64,000 bases of DNA from the human T2T-CHM13v2.0 reference genome, Homo sapiens (GCF_009914755.1 NC_060928.1), one strand, 5' to 3'. Counted from the first letter of the stretch, positions 1 to 13,953 are shown. Numbers and translations are program-made. The notes: generated from the sequence alone by a model not told the origin.

Positions 1-249
1 GAATATATGACATATACAAAATTTTATTATATTATTTTTATTTGAATGCAATATTTAATAATAAATTTAATCAATCAGAGTCTTTGAAAGTGATGCTTAG
101 CATCAATAATTTTAATAAGTTTCCCAGGTATTTCTTTTGCATAAAAAGTTTAAGACCTCTTAGAATTATATGAATATCAGACTTGCAAATTAGAAGGATC
201 ATTTTGGGAGGCACTTAATTGATAAATTTGAGGTAGATAAAACAAAAAG

Positions 250-880
250 TAAGACAATCTGGAAGGATACTATTTCAGCTTTACTAAAGAGGTGATGAGC
301 TCCTAAATTAGGTCAGCGACAAGAAAATGGAAAGAATGTGTATTTTCAATTTGCAAAATTTCCTGAATAATTGATTAGGTCTGGGGATTATGACTATGGG
401 AGAATGAGAAATCCAGGAAGTCTAACACATTTCCAGATTATATCACCAATTGGTTCACCAGTTACCAAGTAGAGAAGACTGAAATGGAAGCCCTAGGGGG
501 AAAGAAAACAAGTATGCTTTGGAATTTGTTCAGTGAAGTGCCTGGGGTAGATCAGACCCAGATAGTAAGATGTGAGACTCACGGGCATATAATTTTGGCA
601 ACAAGTGTGATCCAGAGATTTCATAGTTAATGACAGAATTTTTCTAGAAAGCCAATGTAATATTAGAATAGGAAAACATGGAGGACTAAACATTTTAAGC
701 ACTATATCATTTCAGCATTGATCCAAAACGAAGGAAACTGAGAAGAATTGGAGACAGGATTGTTAGACCAAGAGCCAAAATGAAGGAAGTAAGGAGGAAA
801 TACTTTTCAAAGAAAACACATGGGTCGACTGATCCAGAAAGTTTAGGAAAAAAGATACTGGGACTCAGTTATGAATATAA
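250..880 (-). mobile_element. highly degraded L2-like fragment(s)
   Basis: Purine-rich degenerate motifs resembling antisense L2; weak recognition only. Confidence 0.3.
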
Positions 881-1007
881 GCAGAGTCGAAAGACTATGA
901 ACTGGATAAAATTCATAGATTGAAAGTATTTATTTTTAAAAAAGCAGATTTAATCAAGTTAAAAATAGTCTAAAGATCTAAGAATGCGCATGTGGAATTA
1001 AGTAAAT

Positions 1008-1056
1008 TGTGTGTGTGTGTGTCTGTGTGTCTGTGTGTCTGTGTGTCTGTGTGTGT
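1008..1056. repeat. (TG)n/(TGTCTGTG)n microsatellite
   Basis: Direct reading. Confidence 0.95.
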
Positions 1057-1504
1057 ATAATTGTATTCAGGTTTAAATTATAAGTCATTAAAATTAGGTC
1101 ATCAAATAATGTGCAATTAGGAAAAGGATTTGTTTGTGATGGTTCCTTTTATGCCAACTTGGGTGGCCATGGGGGTTCCCAGATTAAACATCATCTCTCA
1201 GTGTGTCTGTGAGGGTGTTTTGGGATGAGATTAGCATTTGAATGAGTGGAAAGTATATTTACTGACTACTCCTATGTGGGTGGACCTTATCCAATCCCTT
1301 GAGGGCCTGAATAGAACAAAATACCCAGGAAGAAGGAATTTGTCCCTTTTTGTTTTGTTCCTGCCTGCTTTAGCAGAGACAGCCCATCTCATCTTCTCTG
1401 GCCTTCAGAATGGAATTTATACCTGGACTCCCCTAGTATTCAGGCTTTCAGACTGAATTAACCCACAGGTTTTTCTGTCAGCTTATAGATGGAAGTTCCT
1501 TGGA

Positions 1505-1809
1505 TTTCTTTTTATTTTTCCTTTCTGTTAGAGGAGTTTTTGCTCTTGTTGCCCAGGCTGGAGTGCAATGGTGCTATCTTGGTTCACTGCAACCTCTGCT
1601 GCTGGGTTCAAGTGATTCTCGTACCTCAGCCTCCTGAGCAGCTGGGATTACAAGCACATGCTACCACATCTGGCTATTTTTTGTATTTTTAGTAGAGATG
1701 AGGTTTCACCATGTTGGCCAGCTGGCCTCGAACTCCTCACCTCAGGTGATCCGCCTGCCTTGGCCTCCCAAAGTGCTGGAACTACAGGTGTGAGCCACTG
1801 CGCCCAGCC
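1505..1809 (-). mobile_element. AluS (Sq/Sp-like)
   Basis: Antisense Alu dimer: TGCTCTTGTTGCCCAGGCTGGAGTGCAATGG ... GAGCCACTGCGCCCAGCC. Confidence 0.92.
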
Positions 1810-1852
1810 TCCTGAATTTCTTATAATGGCATGAGTCAATTACTCATAATAA

Positions 1853-1940
1853 ATCTATCTATCTGTCTATCAATTATCTGTCTATCAGTTATCTATCTAT
1901 CTATCGATCAATCTGTCTATTTATCTATCTATCTTTATCT
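1853..1940. repeat. imperfect (TCTA)n tetranucleotide repeat
   Basis: Direct reading. Confidence 0.9.
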
Positions 1941-2298
1941 TACTGGTTCTGTTTCTCTGCAGAACCCTAATAGAGTATTTATGATATAGGATTAAATGAT
2001 AAATCAATCTCAAAACATCCAGTAGAGTGCAATTTCACTCCTATTATATAACTGCAACAAAATATAATACAAGATTAACAATGTGTTGTCCTAGAATTAT
2101 CGATTCCACATTACTGCATCTCCAGATTTTGTAATGATCACATCTTATTTGTATAATAAGAAACAACTCACTTGAATTATAGGCATGTCTTGGAGCTATT
2201 GTGGATTTTTTTTCAGAACACCATAATAAAGTCAATATCCCAATAAAGTAAGTCACACAAACTTTTTGGTTTCTTAGTGCGTATGAAAGTTATTTTTA

Positions 2299-2665
<367 letters not shown>

Positions 2666-3114
2666 TCAATTTTAAAATATGTTATTGCTAAAAAATGCTA
2701 ACAATCATCTGAGCCTTCAGTGCATCATAATTCTTTTGCTGGTGGAGGGTGTTGCCTGGATGTTGATGGCTGATAACCAGTTAGGGTGGTGATAGCTGAA
2801 GGCTGGTGAACTGTAGCAATTTCTTAAAGTAAGATAATAATAAAATTTGCTTCATTGATTGACTCTTCCTTCCTGAAATATTTCTCTGTAACACATGATG
2901 CTATTCATTTACCCACACTAGAACTTTCAAAATTAGAGTCAGTCCTCTCAAATCCTGCAGCTGCTTTATCAACTATGTTTAGGTAATACTGTAAATTCTT
3001 TGCTGTCACTTCAACAATGTTCACAGCATCTTCACCAAGAGTAAATTTCATCTTAAGAAACCACTTTTTTTTTGCACATCTATAAGAAGCAACTCGTCAT
3101 CCGTTCAAGTTTGA

Positions 3115-4420
3115 TCATGAGATTGCAGCTTCAGTCACATCTTCATGCTCCGCTTCTAATTCTAGTTCTCTTGCTATTTCTACTACATCTGCAGTTACTT
3201 CCTTCACTGAAATATTGAACCCCTTAAAGTCATCTATGAGAGTTGGAATCAACTTTTTCCAAATTCCTGTTAATATTGATATTTTGTTGACTTCCTCATA
3301 CGACATCACTAGTGTTTTTAATGACGACTGGAATAGTGAATCCTTTCCAAAACATTTTCAATTTACTTTGCTCAGATCTATCAGAACCATCACCAAATAT
3401 GGCAGAAATAGCCTTATGAAATGTATTAATATTTCTTAAGTAGTAAGACTTGAAATTCAAAATGACTACTTGGTCCAGCTGTGGAATGGATGTTGTATTA
3501 GCAGGCATGAAAATAACATTAATCTGCTTGTACATCTCCGTCAGAGCTCTTGGGCAAAAAAGTGCATTGTCAATGAGCAGTGATATTTTGAAAGGAACCT
3601 TTTTTTTTTGAGTGGCAAGTTTCAACACTGGGCTAAAGATACTCATTAAACCATGCTGCAGACAGATGTGCTGACATCCCAGGTTTGTGGTTTCATGTAC
3701 AGACCACATAGTAGATTTAGTATCTTAAGTTCCCTAGAATTTTCAGAATGGGAAGTGAGCATGGGCTTCAATTTATGATCTCCAATTGTGTTATTTAAAA
3801 AAAAAAAGTCAGCCTGTCCTTTGAAGCTTTGAAATCAGGCATTGAATTATCCTCTCTAGCTGAGAAAGTCCTGGATGGGAATCGTCCCTCAGATACAGCC
3901 ATTCCAGCTACCTCGAAAAAATCTATTGTTTAGTGTATCAACCTTCATCATTATTTTAGCTAGGTCTCCTAGGTAACTTCAGTTTCTGTCTCAGCACTTG
4001 CTCCTTCACCTTGCACTTTTATGTTATGGACATGGTTTCTTTTCAGAAGCCTTATGAAACAAATTCTGCTACATTCCCACTTTTCTTCCTCAAATCTTCC
4101 TCACCTTTCTCAGCCTTCAGAGACTTGGAGAGAGTGAGGGCTTTGCTCTGGATTAGACTTTCTCCGTATCACCAATAAGACTGTTTCACTTTCTTATCAT
4201 TCACATGTTCACTTGAGTAGCTCTTTTAATTTTCTTCAAAAATGTTTCCTTTGCATTCACTACTTGGCTTACTGTTTGCAACAAAAGGCCTAGTTTTGGG
4301 GCCATCTCAGCTTTTTACTTTCCTGCCTCATTAAGCTTAATTATTACTAGCTTTTGATTTCCAGTGAGATATGTACAATCTTCCTTTCACTTGAACACCT
4401 GCAGGTCTCTGTAGAAATAT
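3115..4420 (-). pseudogene. decayed Tigger1 transposase ORF
   Basis: ORF fragments 3296-3709 (SLLIDNA...FMPANTTS...FKSYYLRN) and 3115-3309 (GIWKKLIPTLIDDFKGF...ELELE) resemble the DDE region; frameshifts and stops between them. Confidence 0.85.
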
Positions 4421-5221
4421 TAATTGATCAGATTTCAATATTTTTGTGTCTTATGGAATAGGAAGGCCCAAAGAGAGAGAGAGAGAGAGACGATTAGGGA
4501 ACAGCAAATCAGTGGAGGAGTTAGAACATGCACAATATTTATAAAGTTCATTGTCTCATATGGGCATGGTTTGTGGCACCCCAAAACAATTACAATAGTA
4601 ACATCAATGAGCACTGATCACAGATCAACTACACCAGATATGATAGTCATAAAAAGGTTTGAAATATTGCAAGAATTGCCAAAATGTGACACAGAGACAG
4701 GAAGTGAGCACATACTGTTGGAAGAGTGGTGCTGATAAACTTGCTTGATGCAGGTTCGCCACAAACCTTCAATTTGTAAAAAAATGCAATATCTGTGAAG
4801 TGCAATAAAGCAAAGCACAATAAAACAAGGTATGTCTGTATTACTTTCATTTCTTACATTATCAAAGAAAGTTAAATTTTTATCCACATGAGTTAAATGT
4901 TCAACATCGTTTAACTCTGATTTTGAAGGCAAATGGTTTACTTGCTTACTGTGTGGTATTCCCTTGGAGAAAAAAATGGTATTTCTTAGTGTGTACATTC
5001 ACATTTTCCTGCTGTTTATGGGGAGCTTATTTGTAGTTTATGTCTCTGTCTTTTTCATGTTAGTCTTCCCTTCTCAGCAAAGCCAACTGTGCATCTATTA
5101 GATCACTTTTGACCTCTATATTTTTCTTCTTCTCTTTCATTCTTTTATTTCTGTCCTTTTTCCATTTTACTTACACTTTTTTCCTCCTTATTTTTCACAT
5201 ATGAAGTTTTTTTTTCTCCTC

Positions 5222-5523
5222 TTTTTTTTTTTTTTTTTTTTGATTTAGAGTTTCACTGCGTCACCCAGGCAGGCGTGTGATGGTGTGATCTCGGCTCACT
5301 GCAACCTCCGCCTCCCAGGTTCAAGCCATTCCCCTGCCTCAGCCTCCTGAGTAGCTGGGATTACAGGCACCTGCCACCACACTTGGGTAATTTTTGTATT
5401 TTTAGGACAGGCTGGATTCTGCCATGTTAGCCAGGCTGGTCTCGACCTCCTGACCTCAGGCAATCCGCCCGCCTCAGCCTCGCAAAGTGCTGGGATTACA
5501 GGCATGAGCCACTGCTCCCGGCC
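5222..5523 (-). mobile_element. AluS
   Basis: Poly(T) followed by antisense Alu dimer. Confidence 0.93.
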
Positions 5524-5829
5524 CCATATGTTTTTTTATAGCACTCTCTTGCTTATTTGTTTTTGAGTCTCATGGACTTTTATTTCCATGTGGTTTTTGT
5601 TTACTTTCTTTCTGTAGCTCACCTAATCCCAGCCATGTCAAAAGTGTATGTCCTATTCTCTTACCGTTATTTGTATTCTAATGTTTGAAGTGTGTTTTTA
5701 ATTACTCACAGCAACTATGCTCTTCAATATTTGAGGACTGAATAAATTAATCTATACAATGTATTATTCTGGAATTATTTTTATGCGATGTGTTTTATTT
5801 TTTAGTGGCTGCATATATGCTATGGTATT

Positions 5830-6632
5830 AGTTGTTTGCATACCTAAATGTGTTTTTGTGGTTGCCAGTAACGGTTTTTCCTTCTCATATTTAGCACTCC
5901 CATAAGGACCTCTTGTAAGGCAGGTCTAGTGATAACAAATTCCCTTTGCATTTGCTTTTTTGAAAATGACCTTATTTCTCTTTCACTTACGAAGCTTAGT
6001 TTGGCTGGATATGAAATTCTTGGTTAGATTTATTTGCTTTAAAAATGCTAAATATAGGACCCCATCATCTCCTGGCTTGTAGGGTTTCTGCTGAAAGGTT
6101 TGCTGTTAGCTTGATGGGGTTCTCATTGTAGGTAACCTGCTCTTACTCTCTAGCTGTCTTTAACATTTTTCCTTTGATTTCAACCTTGGATAATCTGATG
6201 ACTACATGTCTTGAGGATGCTCCTCCTGCATTGTGTCTTGCAGAGGTTCTCTGCCTTTTCTGGATTTGTTGGCTTCCGTAGCAAGGTTGGGACAATTTTC
6301 ATGGATTATATCCTCAAATATGTTTTCCAAGTTGCTTGCTTTCTCTCTTTCAGGGACACCAATAAGTTTTAGATTTGTTCTATTTAGCTAATCCCATATT
6401 TCTCTTAGGTTTGGTTCATTCTCCTTTATTGTTTGTCTTACTGAATTACTTCAGAGAACTGATCTTTGAGTCCTGAGATTGTTTCTTCAGCTTGGTTAAT
6501 ACTACTATTAATATTTGCAATTGTATTATCAAATTCTTGACATAAGTTTTTCAGCTCTATCAGTTCAGTTTGGTTCTGTTATGAAATAGCGATTTTCTCT
6601 TTTATCTCCTGTATCATTTTATTGCATTCCTC
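5830..6632 (-). mobile_element. L1P ORF1 fragment (antisense)
   Basis: AAGCTTAGTTTGGCTGGATATGAAATTCTTGG and TCTGCTGAAAGGTTTGCTGTTAG, typical antisense L1 ORF1. Confidence 0.85.
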
Positions 6633-6639
6633 AGAGTGG

Positions 6640-7652
6640 CACACCAAAAGAAGCTATCAACAGAATAAACAGACAACCTATGGAAGGAGAGAAACTATTT
6701 GTAAACTATGCATCCAACAAAGGTGTTATATTCAGAGCCTATAAGGAACTTAAACAAATTAACTAGCTAAGACAAACAATCCTATTAAAAAGTGGACAAA
6801 GGACACGAACAGACACTTTTCTAAAGAAGACACACATGGCCAACAATCATATGAAAAAGTGCTCAACATCACTAATTATTAGAGAAATGCAAATCAGAAC
6901 TATAATGAGGTATCATCTCAGGCCAGTCAGAATGGCTATTACTAAAAAGTCAAAAAAAAAAAAAAAAAAAAGAAAAGAAAAGGAACTGTTGCTGGTGAGG
7001 TTGCGGAGAAAAGGGTACATTTATATGCTGATGGTGGGAATGTAAATGACTTCAGCAATTGTGAAAATCAGTGTGGCAATCTCTCAAAGAACTTAAAATG
7101 GAAGTCCCATTAAACCCAGAAATCTCACTATTGGGTATATACTCAAAGGAGTATAAATTATTCTGCCATAAAGACACACACATATGTTCATCACAGCACC
7201 ATTCACAATAGCAAAGTCATGGAATCAACCTAAATGCCCACCAACAGTAGACTGGATAATGAAAATGTGTTACAAATACACCATGGAATACCACGCAGCC
7301 ATAAAAAAAAGAACAAGATAATGTCCTTTGCAACAACATGGATGGAGCTGGGGCCATAATCCTAACTGAACTAACACAGGAATGGAAAACCAAATATCAC
7401 ATGTTCTAACTTTTATGTGGGAGCTAAACACTGAATACGCATGGACACAAAGAAGAGAACAACAGACACTGGGCCCAACTTGAGAGTGGAGGATGGCAGG
7501 AGGGAGAGGAATTGAAAAACTACGTATTGACTATTATACTTACTATCCGAGTGACAAAATAATCTGTGCACCAAACAACCCATGACAAGCAATTTGTCTA
7601 TATAGCAAACCTTTACCTGTACTCCTGAACCTAAAATAAAAGTTTAAAAAAA
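6640..7652 (+). mobile_element. L1PA15-17/L1PB-like 3' end (ORF2 C-terminus and 3'UTR)
   Basis: ORF 6836-7045 [28 protein letters not shown] is the L1 ORF2 C-terminus; 3'UTR ends CTAAAATAAAAGTTTAAAAAAA. Confidence 0.92.
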
Positions 7653-9004
7653 CCTCCAATTTCAAATTTTAAAATCATTTTATGACAGATTACTAAATGT
7701 ATCCTTGCTAAAAAATAAACAAAATACATGTATATGCAATGGGATGGATAAATATTACAAACATAATGTTGCATAAAATAATGATTAAACAGTAATATAT
7801 ATATGTGATATGTGCTATGTGTTTTTCCTTCTTTTTTTAAAGAGTGTTTATGTTTGAATTCTATATATAATGAATTAAGGTTATTACCCTTCTTGAAATG
7901 AGGTTTATTTGCATTTGTTACTTTTTCATAAAGAGTTCACAGAGGGAAAGATGGCAGAGTATAGGGGATTTCTTTCAAGTGATTTGCTACTTCAATTAAT
8001 ACTTTCTAGGAAAAACTTCATTGTATCTTACTTCTTTTTCTTGAGGCCTCTCCTCTGAACTACATGCCTTTCTTCTAGGGAAAGGAGGAAAGCTTTTTAC
8101 CTAGGGAAAAGGTCAGTGTGGCATTCATTAAAATTTCTATATCTAAAGATAAAAATGTATAGCAGTAGAACAAATTCTCACAAAAAATACCTAACCTTCT
8201 ATAATAGACAGGAGCAGAGTGCTCTAAGACTTTGTATGTTTTGTCTCTCCAGGTGTATACCCACTTAGGTTAGCAATGATCACATGACATATTTTAGCCA
8301 ATGCAATGTGATCAGAAGTGTCATGTGTCATTCTCATGCAAACGCACAAAGAACTAACACCTGATGTGTTTACCCTCCTGCTGTCAAAAGGAACCCAAAT
8401 ACTTTTGTGTTATATGGCAGTGAGATAAAAAGTAGAACTGTCATCCTAGGATGTCTGTACATTTATCTATCATAAAATGCTTCCTCTATATAAAAAAGAA
8501 TTAACATATCTATGTTTTTTCATTCCCTAAAACAAGTGATCATCTATTTACCCTTTTAGATACATTTTAAATGTTTTTGCATATTAATTAAAATAAAAAT
8601 AATAAATATATTATTAAGAAACATGGTTTTAACTAAGATAGCCAAATGGTTGCACCTAAGTAAAATTATTCAAAAATTCTATTTTAGAATTTTTTTATTT
8701 ATATAGGATCTTAAAAAATAAGAAAGATACAGGAATATGTAAGGTCCTTATATATTCCCTATACCTATCTACCTGTTTGAAAAGAATTAGAAATTTACCC
8801 CCTTTTAGCATTTGATTAAAGGTAATGAGTAAAGAATATACTTCTAAAATTATCAGTTCACAAGATTCTTTCTACTGAAAACTAGAATAGACATGCAGGA
8901 TTGTATACACCTACTATTACAAAACTTTATGCTCAATTCTAAGAATATTGTCCACTTTTCCTCTGTCACTGTCTGTTATAAAGTTGCTTTCTTCTCTGAG
9001 ATAC

Positions 9005-10401
9005 TGAGAGGTGACAGCCTGCTGGCAGTCCTCAGAGCCCTCGCTTGCTCTCGGCGCCTCCTCTGCCTGCATTCCCACTTTGGCCGCACTTGAGGAGCCC
9101 TTCGGCTGGCCGCTGCACTGTGGGAGCCCCTTTCTGGGCTGGCCAAGGCCAGAGCCGGCTCCCTCAGCTTGCAGGGAGGTGTGGAGGGAGAGGCGCGAGC
9201 AGGAACCGGGGCTGCGCACAGCGCTTGCGGGCAAGCTGGAGTTTCAGATGGGCGTGGGCTTGGCGGGCCCCACACTCGGAGTGGCCTGGGGCCCTGCCGG
9301 CCCCGGGCAGTGAGGGGCTTAGCATCCGGGCCAGCGGCTACGGAGGGTGTACTGGGTCCCCCAGCAGTGCCGGCCCACCGGTGCTGAGCTCGATTTCTCG
9401 CCGGGCCTTAGCTGCCTTCCCGTGGGGCAAGCCTCCGGACTGTAACCTGCCATGCCTGAGCCTTCCCCTGCCTCCATGGGTTCCTGTGCAGCCGGAGCCT
9501 CCCCGACAAATGCCGTCCCCTGCTCCACGGCGCCTAGTCCCATCGACCGCCCAAGGGCTGAGGAGTGTGAGCGCATGGCGCAGGACTGGCAGGCAGCTAA
9601 CACCTGCAGCCCCAGAGCGGGATCCACTGGGTGAAGCCAGCTGGGCTCCTGAGTCTGGTGGGGATGTGGAGAGTCTTTATGTCTAGCTCAGGGATTGTAA
9701 ACACACCAGTCAGCACCCTGTGTCTAGCTCAGGGTTTGTGAGTGCACCAATCGACACTCTGTATCTAGCTGCTCTGGTGGGGCCTTGGAGAACCTTTATG
9801 TCTGGCTCAGGGATTGTAAATACACCAATCAGCACTCTGTATCTAGCTCAAGGTTTGTAAACGCACCAATCAGCACCCTGTCAAAACAGACCACTCGGCT
9901 CTACCAATCAGCAGGATGTGGGTGCGGCCAGATAAGAGAATAAAAGCAGGCTGCCCGAGCCAGCAGTAGCAACCCGCCCGGGTCGCCTTCTGTACTGTGG
10001 TACCTTTGTTCTTTCACTCTTTGCAATAAATGTTGCTATTGCTCACTCTGTTGCTACTGCTCACTCTTCGGGTCCACATTGATTTTATGAGCTGTAACAC
10101 TCACCGTGAAAATCTGCAGCTTCTCTTCTGAAGCTAGCGAGACCGCGAGCCCACGAAGAGGAACTAACAACTCCAGACGTTCTCCCTTAAAAGCTGTAAC
10201 ACTCACCGTGAAGGTCTGTTGCTTCACTCCTGAGCCAGCAAGACCACGAACCCACCAGAAGGAAGAAACTCCGAACACATCCGAACATCAGAAGGAACAA
10301 ACTCCAGACGCGCCACCTTAAGAGCTGTAACACTGGCCGCAAAGGTCCCCGGCTTTATTCTTAAAGTCATTGAGATCAAGAACCCACCAATTCCGGACAC
10401 A
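9005..10401 (+). mobile_element. solo LTR12C (ERV9/HERV9 LTR)
   Basis: Starts TGAGAGGTGACAGC, ends CCACCAATTCCGGACACA; 4-bp TSD ATAC at 9001-9004 and 10402-10405; GC/CpG-rich U3, CCAAT repeats, three GCTGTAACACT U5 repeats. Confidence 0.96.
9680..10030 (+). promoter_or_regulatory. LTR12 enhancer/promoter core (NF-Y CCAAT boxes, GATA, AATAAA box) and poly(A) signal
   Basis: CCAAT at 9747, 9825, 9866 and 9904; GATAAG at 9931; AATAAA at 9939 (promoter box) and 10025 (poly(A) signal). Confidence 0.75.
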
Positions 10402-10701
10402 ATACCAATTCCTCCAACGTACTTTGCCTTTGTAGAATTTTTGTTTGAGGTCTCATGCTCTAACCTAATGCAAGCTCTCTCATGAAATCTGTCGGTTATA
10501 ACTGATCTCCACATGGCAGGAACTCTTTTAGAACTTTATTCCAATCTCAAAATAGGAGTTTTGTGATTACTTTTTCAATTTCTAAATATGTTGTTATTTT
10601 AAGTTGTTTGCACATTTCAAGCTTCTTGACGGTTTACATTTATTTACCACATTATATAGAATGTTTTCTTGAAAAATAACAATGCCTAAAACATATTTGT
10701 G

Positions 10702-10985
10702 AAAGGGAAAAGAAACTAAAGAGAGAGGAAATGTAAGAAAAAAATGGCAGGGAGGATGGGAAGCCCAGATGAAGAAGGAAGCGGGGAAGGAGGGAGTGAG
10801 AGAAGGAAGGAAGGAGAGAGGGGAGGAAGGAAGAGAGGGAGGGAAGAAGAGAGGAAGGAAGAAAATGAGGGAGGAAGGGAGGCAAGAAGGCAGAAAGTGG
10901 AGGGAGGGAAGAAGGAAGGGAAGGAAGAGGAGAAGCATATCTCAGGGAGTTAGAAAGGAGAAAAGGGAAGAATGAAAGAGAACAT
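10702..10985. repeat. purine-rich (GGAA/GA) low-complexity tract
   Basis: Almost pure A/G on the + strand for ~280 bp. Confidence 0.9.
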
Positions 10986-11325
10986 TTACTAACATCATGA
11001 AAATTTTGATTGAGAAGATTTTAATGCGTTTATTTCTAACATATCCATATACTACATCTAATGAACTAGAAGGACAACTATAACTTGCTATGATTTTCAA
11101 ATATAAGGTGATCATTATCAAAACATTCATTCTTTTATATATTCTTCTTTCTCTCTAGAATATGTTTTCTGTTTTTGTTTTCCTGTCATTCTACATGTTT
11201 TCCAAAGAAGATAATAGCAATTACTATTCCATATTATTACAATCTAATTCCAGATAGTTAACATGGACTTCGTGCTATGATGGTAGCTTTCATAGTGCAT
11301 TTGTATGAATTGCATTACTTCAGCC

Positions 11326-11350
11326 TATATATATATATATATATATATAT
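11326..11350. repeat. (TA)n
   Basis: Direct reading. Confidence 0.95.
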
Positions 11351-12017
11351 TCCTTATAAGCAAGTGACTTTATTTCAGATTTATGGGAATCTATTGACAA
11401 CCAGTGATTTCCCCATTTCTATGTAAATACCTATTTACATGTAATACTGTCAAGAAAGTAAAAATAAAGATGACTAAGTATTAGCAAACAGTGGCACGTG
11501 TGTCAAGAATGGTAAGACAGAATAAGATTTATTTTCCCTTAGTTTCTATCTGAGGATGAGTCACAAATATTCCATCATCACTTCCAGTCAACTTGTACTT
11601 CAAATTCTTTCATGAGGATAACATAACTAAAACTAGACAATCACTGACACAATCTACAGTAGTAACATGGAGCACACACACTGTGTCCTTCACATGTAGC
11701 TAATTATCATCTTCCATCATTTAGACACAATTCTTCCAGAATGGTGAAAACTAACATTATAATAAAAAAGAACAAATCATCTGAGGTTGGTCATTTATTT
11801 TATACAAAATAATTGGACACTCATTAAGAAAATACCTCCCAAGTTTTAGTAATCCACTTACCACACTGATAATCTTTTGACAAACATTTATGTCATCTTC
11901 TAGCTTTAACTAACTTTTTTTTTCATATTTAAATATTTAAAAGGAAACTTTGTATGACTGCCATAGGTCACTGATGACAAGTGAAATAATTTATGAAAAT
12001 TCTTAAAACCAAACCTA

Positions 12018-12347
<330 letters not shown>

Positions 12348-13044
12348 TTAATAACCAAAAATGCAAATAACATGACCAAAAACAACATTATGAAACAAGA
12401 AATTTTATTAAATTATAGATAGATAATCTTTCCTGCTGAAGGCTTCGAGCCTGAGGTCTAGTTTCACTTAGTTAAAACTGAATTTTTAAGATGATAAAGA
12501 CATAGTAACACCAAACTGTCTCTCCTTTTATCTAATCAGAATTGATGTATGTAAAATTTAAAATATCTTTAGATAACAGTGCATGAGTTGACATATTATT
12601 TAATTTGGAATGTGCGAATAACACTTTAGAAAACATCACTTGAATGAATGCTATAAACAGGCTTCAGAATGTCTGTGGCCCTTCTGGAGTTGAATGCAGT
12701 ATATATCAAGATTGTCTATAGTTTTGTTTATTTCATATGCTCTATGGAGATTGTAACTCAACAAAGATTAAATACTGCTTTACATAAATATTCAAATGCC
12801 AAAGGATAATTTTATTTATCTATATTTGTTTTATTTTATTTTTGCCAACTTTGGAGGGAGCTCAAGCAATATTTTGTGAGAAAAATATTTCAATGGCCTT
12901 TTTTAGTGGAACTGGAACAAGGAGAATTTTGTAATAGACAGCAACCAGTCTGGACTTCTAAAAAGATATCAAATATCCAATTTAGAGCATGTCATTAAGT
13001 ATTAGAGGACACTGATTAACGACCAAAAGTTATGGGATGGGCCA

Positions 13045-13235
13045 GTCCTGGTTTCCAATATTGGCTCAGTCACACAGAGTTCTGTCAATACCGTCATAGC
13101 CCTGAATTCTAAGGTTTTTTTTGTTGCTTTTATAGAAATTGTTGTCAGTATTAAATAAAATAAAAAATATAAGAAGGTCAGAGCATATTACATAGCGCCT
13201 TTGGCATACCAAGCATGCTAAACGTAGTAGCTATT
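13045..13235 (+). mobile_element. MIR fragment
   Basis: Degenerate MIR core and 3' motifs (TTAAATAAAATAA...GGCATA...TAGCTATTA). Confidence 0.5.
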
Positions 13236-13953
13236 AAGACCTGATGGATACTATATGCTGGATACAAATTATCACAAGATAGAATGGAGTAAAGAAAAAA
13301 GTAGGAGAAAAATAATTGACATAATTCAAGGTGGCTTGTTGAAAACTGAAGTCAACAGTAATAGTTATTAATTGGTAAGTCAATATGACCCAGAGAGGTG
13401 ATTCCCTATATAGGTAAATGTGCCCTCTGAGGTTTGTATTTCCTGATAAGCAGCATACGATTTTTATCTTTGCCAAACATACGTGTGCTATTATACATCG
13501 AGGTTTACTTTTCCAGTTTTAGAAAATAACATTTAAATCAGGGTTTAAATAGACAAATTGTGCATATTAGGGCTCAGTACTGTTATGGAGAAACATATAC
13601 GTATCATTCTTTCCCACAGAAAAATAGGGATTGATGAATTATGAATTTTCACAGACTAATTGAGACAGGCTTCTGTGCTAAATTTAATTAAATTCTGAAT
13701 ATAAAATATAATCCTTTTCCTTAAAGTCCTTTTGACCTTTTTTTTTCACTTATTTTTCATAAGCACCCTTCCCCCACCCCATCCCCCACACTAAATTGTA
13801 AGCTTTGAGATCATGGAGTTCATACAGGAGATCTTCAGAGGATAGGAAAAAGTGTAGTATGTAGATGTTCAACAAATATGAGGCCTATGCAGCAGTAGTT
13901 TAAATAAAAATATTTTATTTCCTTTAATATTCATTGTCAAACAATGAACAATT

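Larger units (their letters stand above)
1135..1974 (+). mobile_element. MLT2-family (ERVL) solo LTR, interrupted by an Alu and (TCTA)n
   Basis: Starts TGTGATGGTT, contains GTGTGTCTGTGAGGGTGTTT...GAGATTAGCATTTGAAT, ends GGTTCTGTTTCTCTGCAGAACCCTAA. Confidence 0.8.

Noticed and set aside
8917-9686. Cluster of GC-rich ORFs up to 213 aa
   Set aside because: They lie almost entirely in the LTR12C U3, whose GC content suppresses stop codons; no protein homology recognised
9680-10335. Regularly spaced repeats resembling an array
   Set aside because: Normal ERV9 U3 and U5 subrepeats; not CRISPR, and the DNA is eukaryotic
10594-10975. Leu/Pro/Ser-rich and Glu/Arg/Gly-rich ORFs
   Set aside because: Translations of the polypurine low-complexity tract
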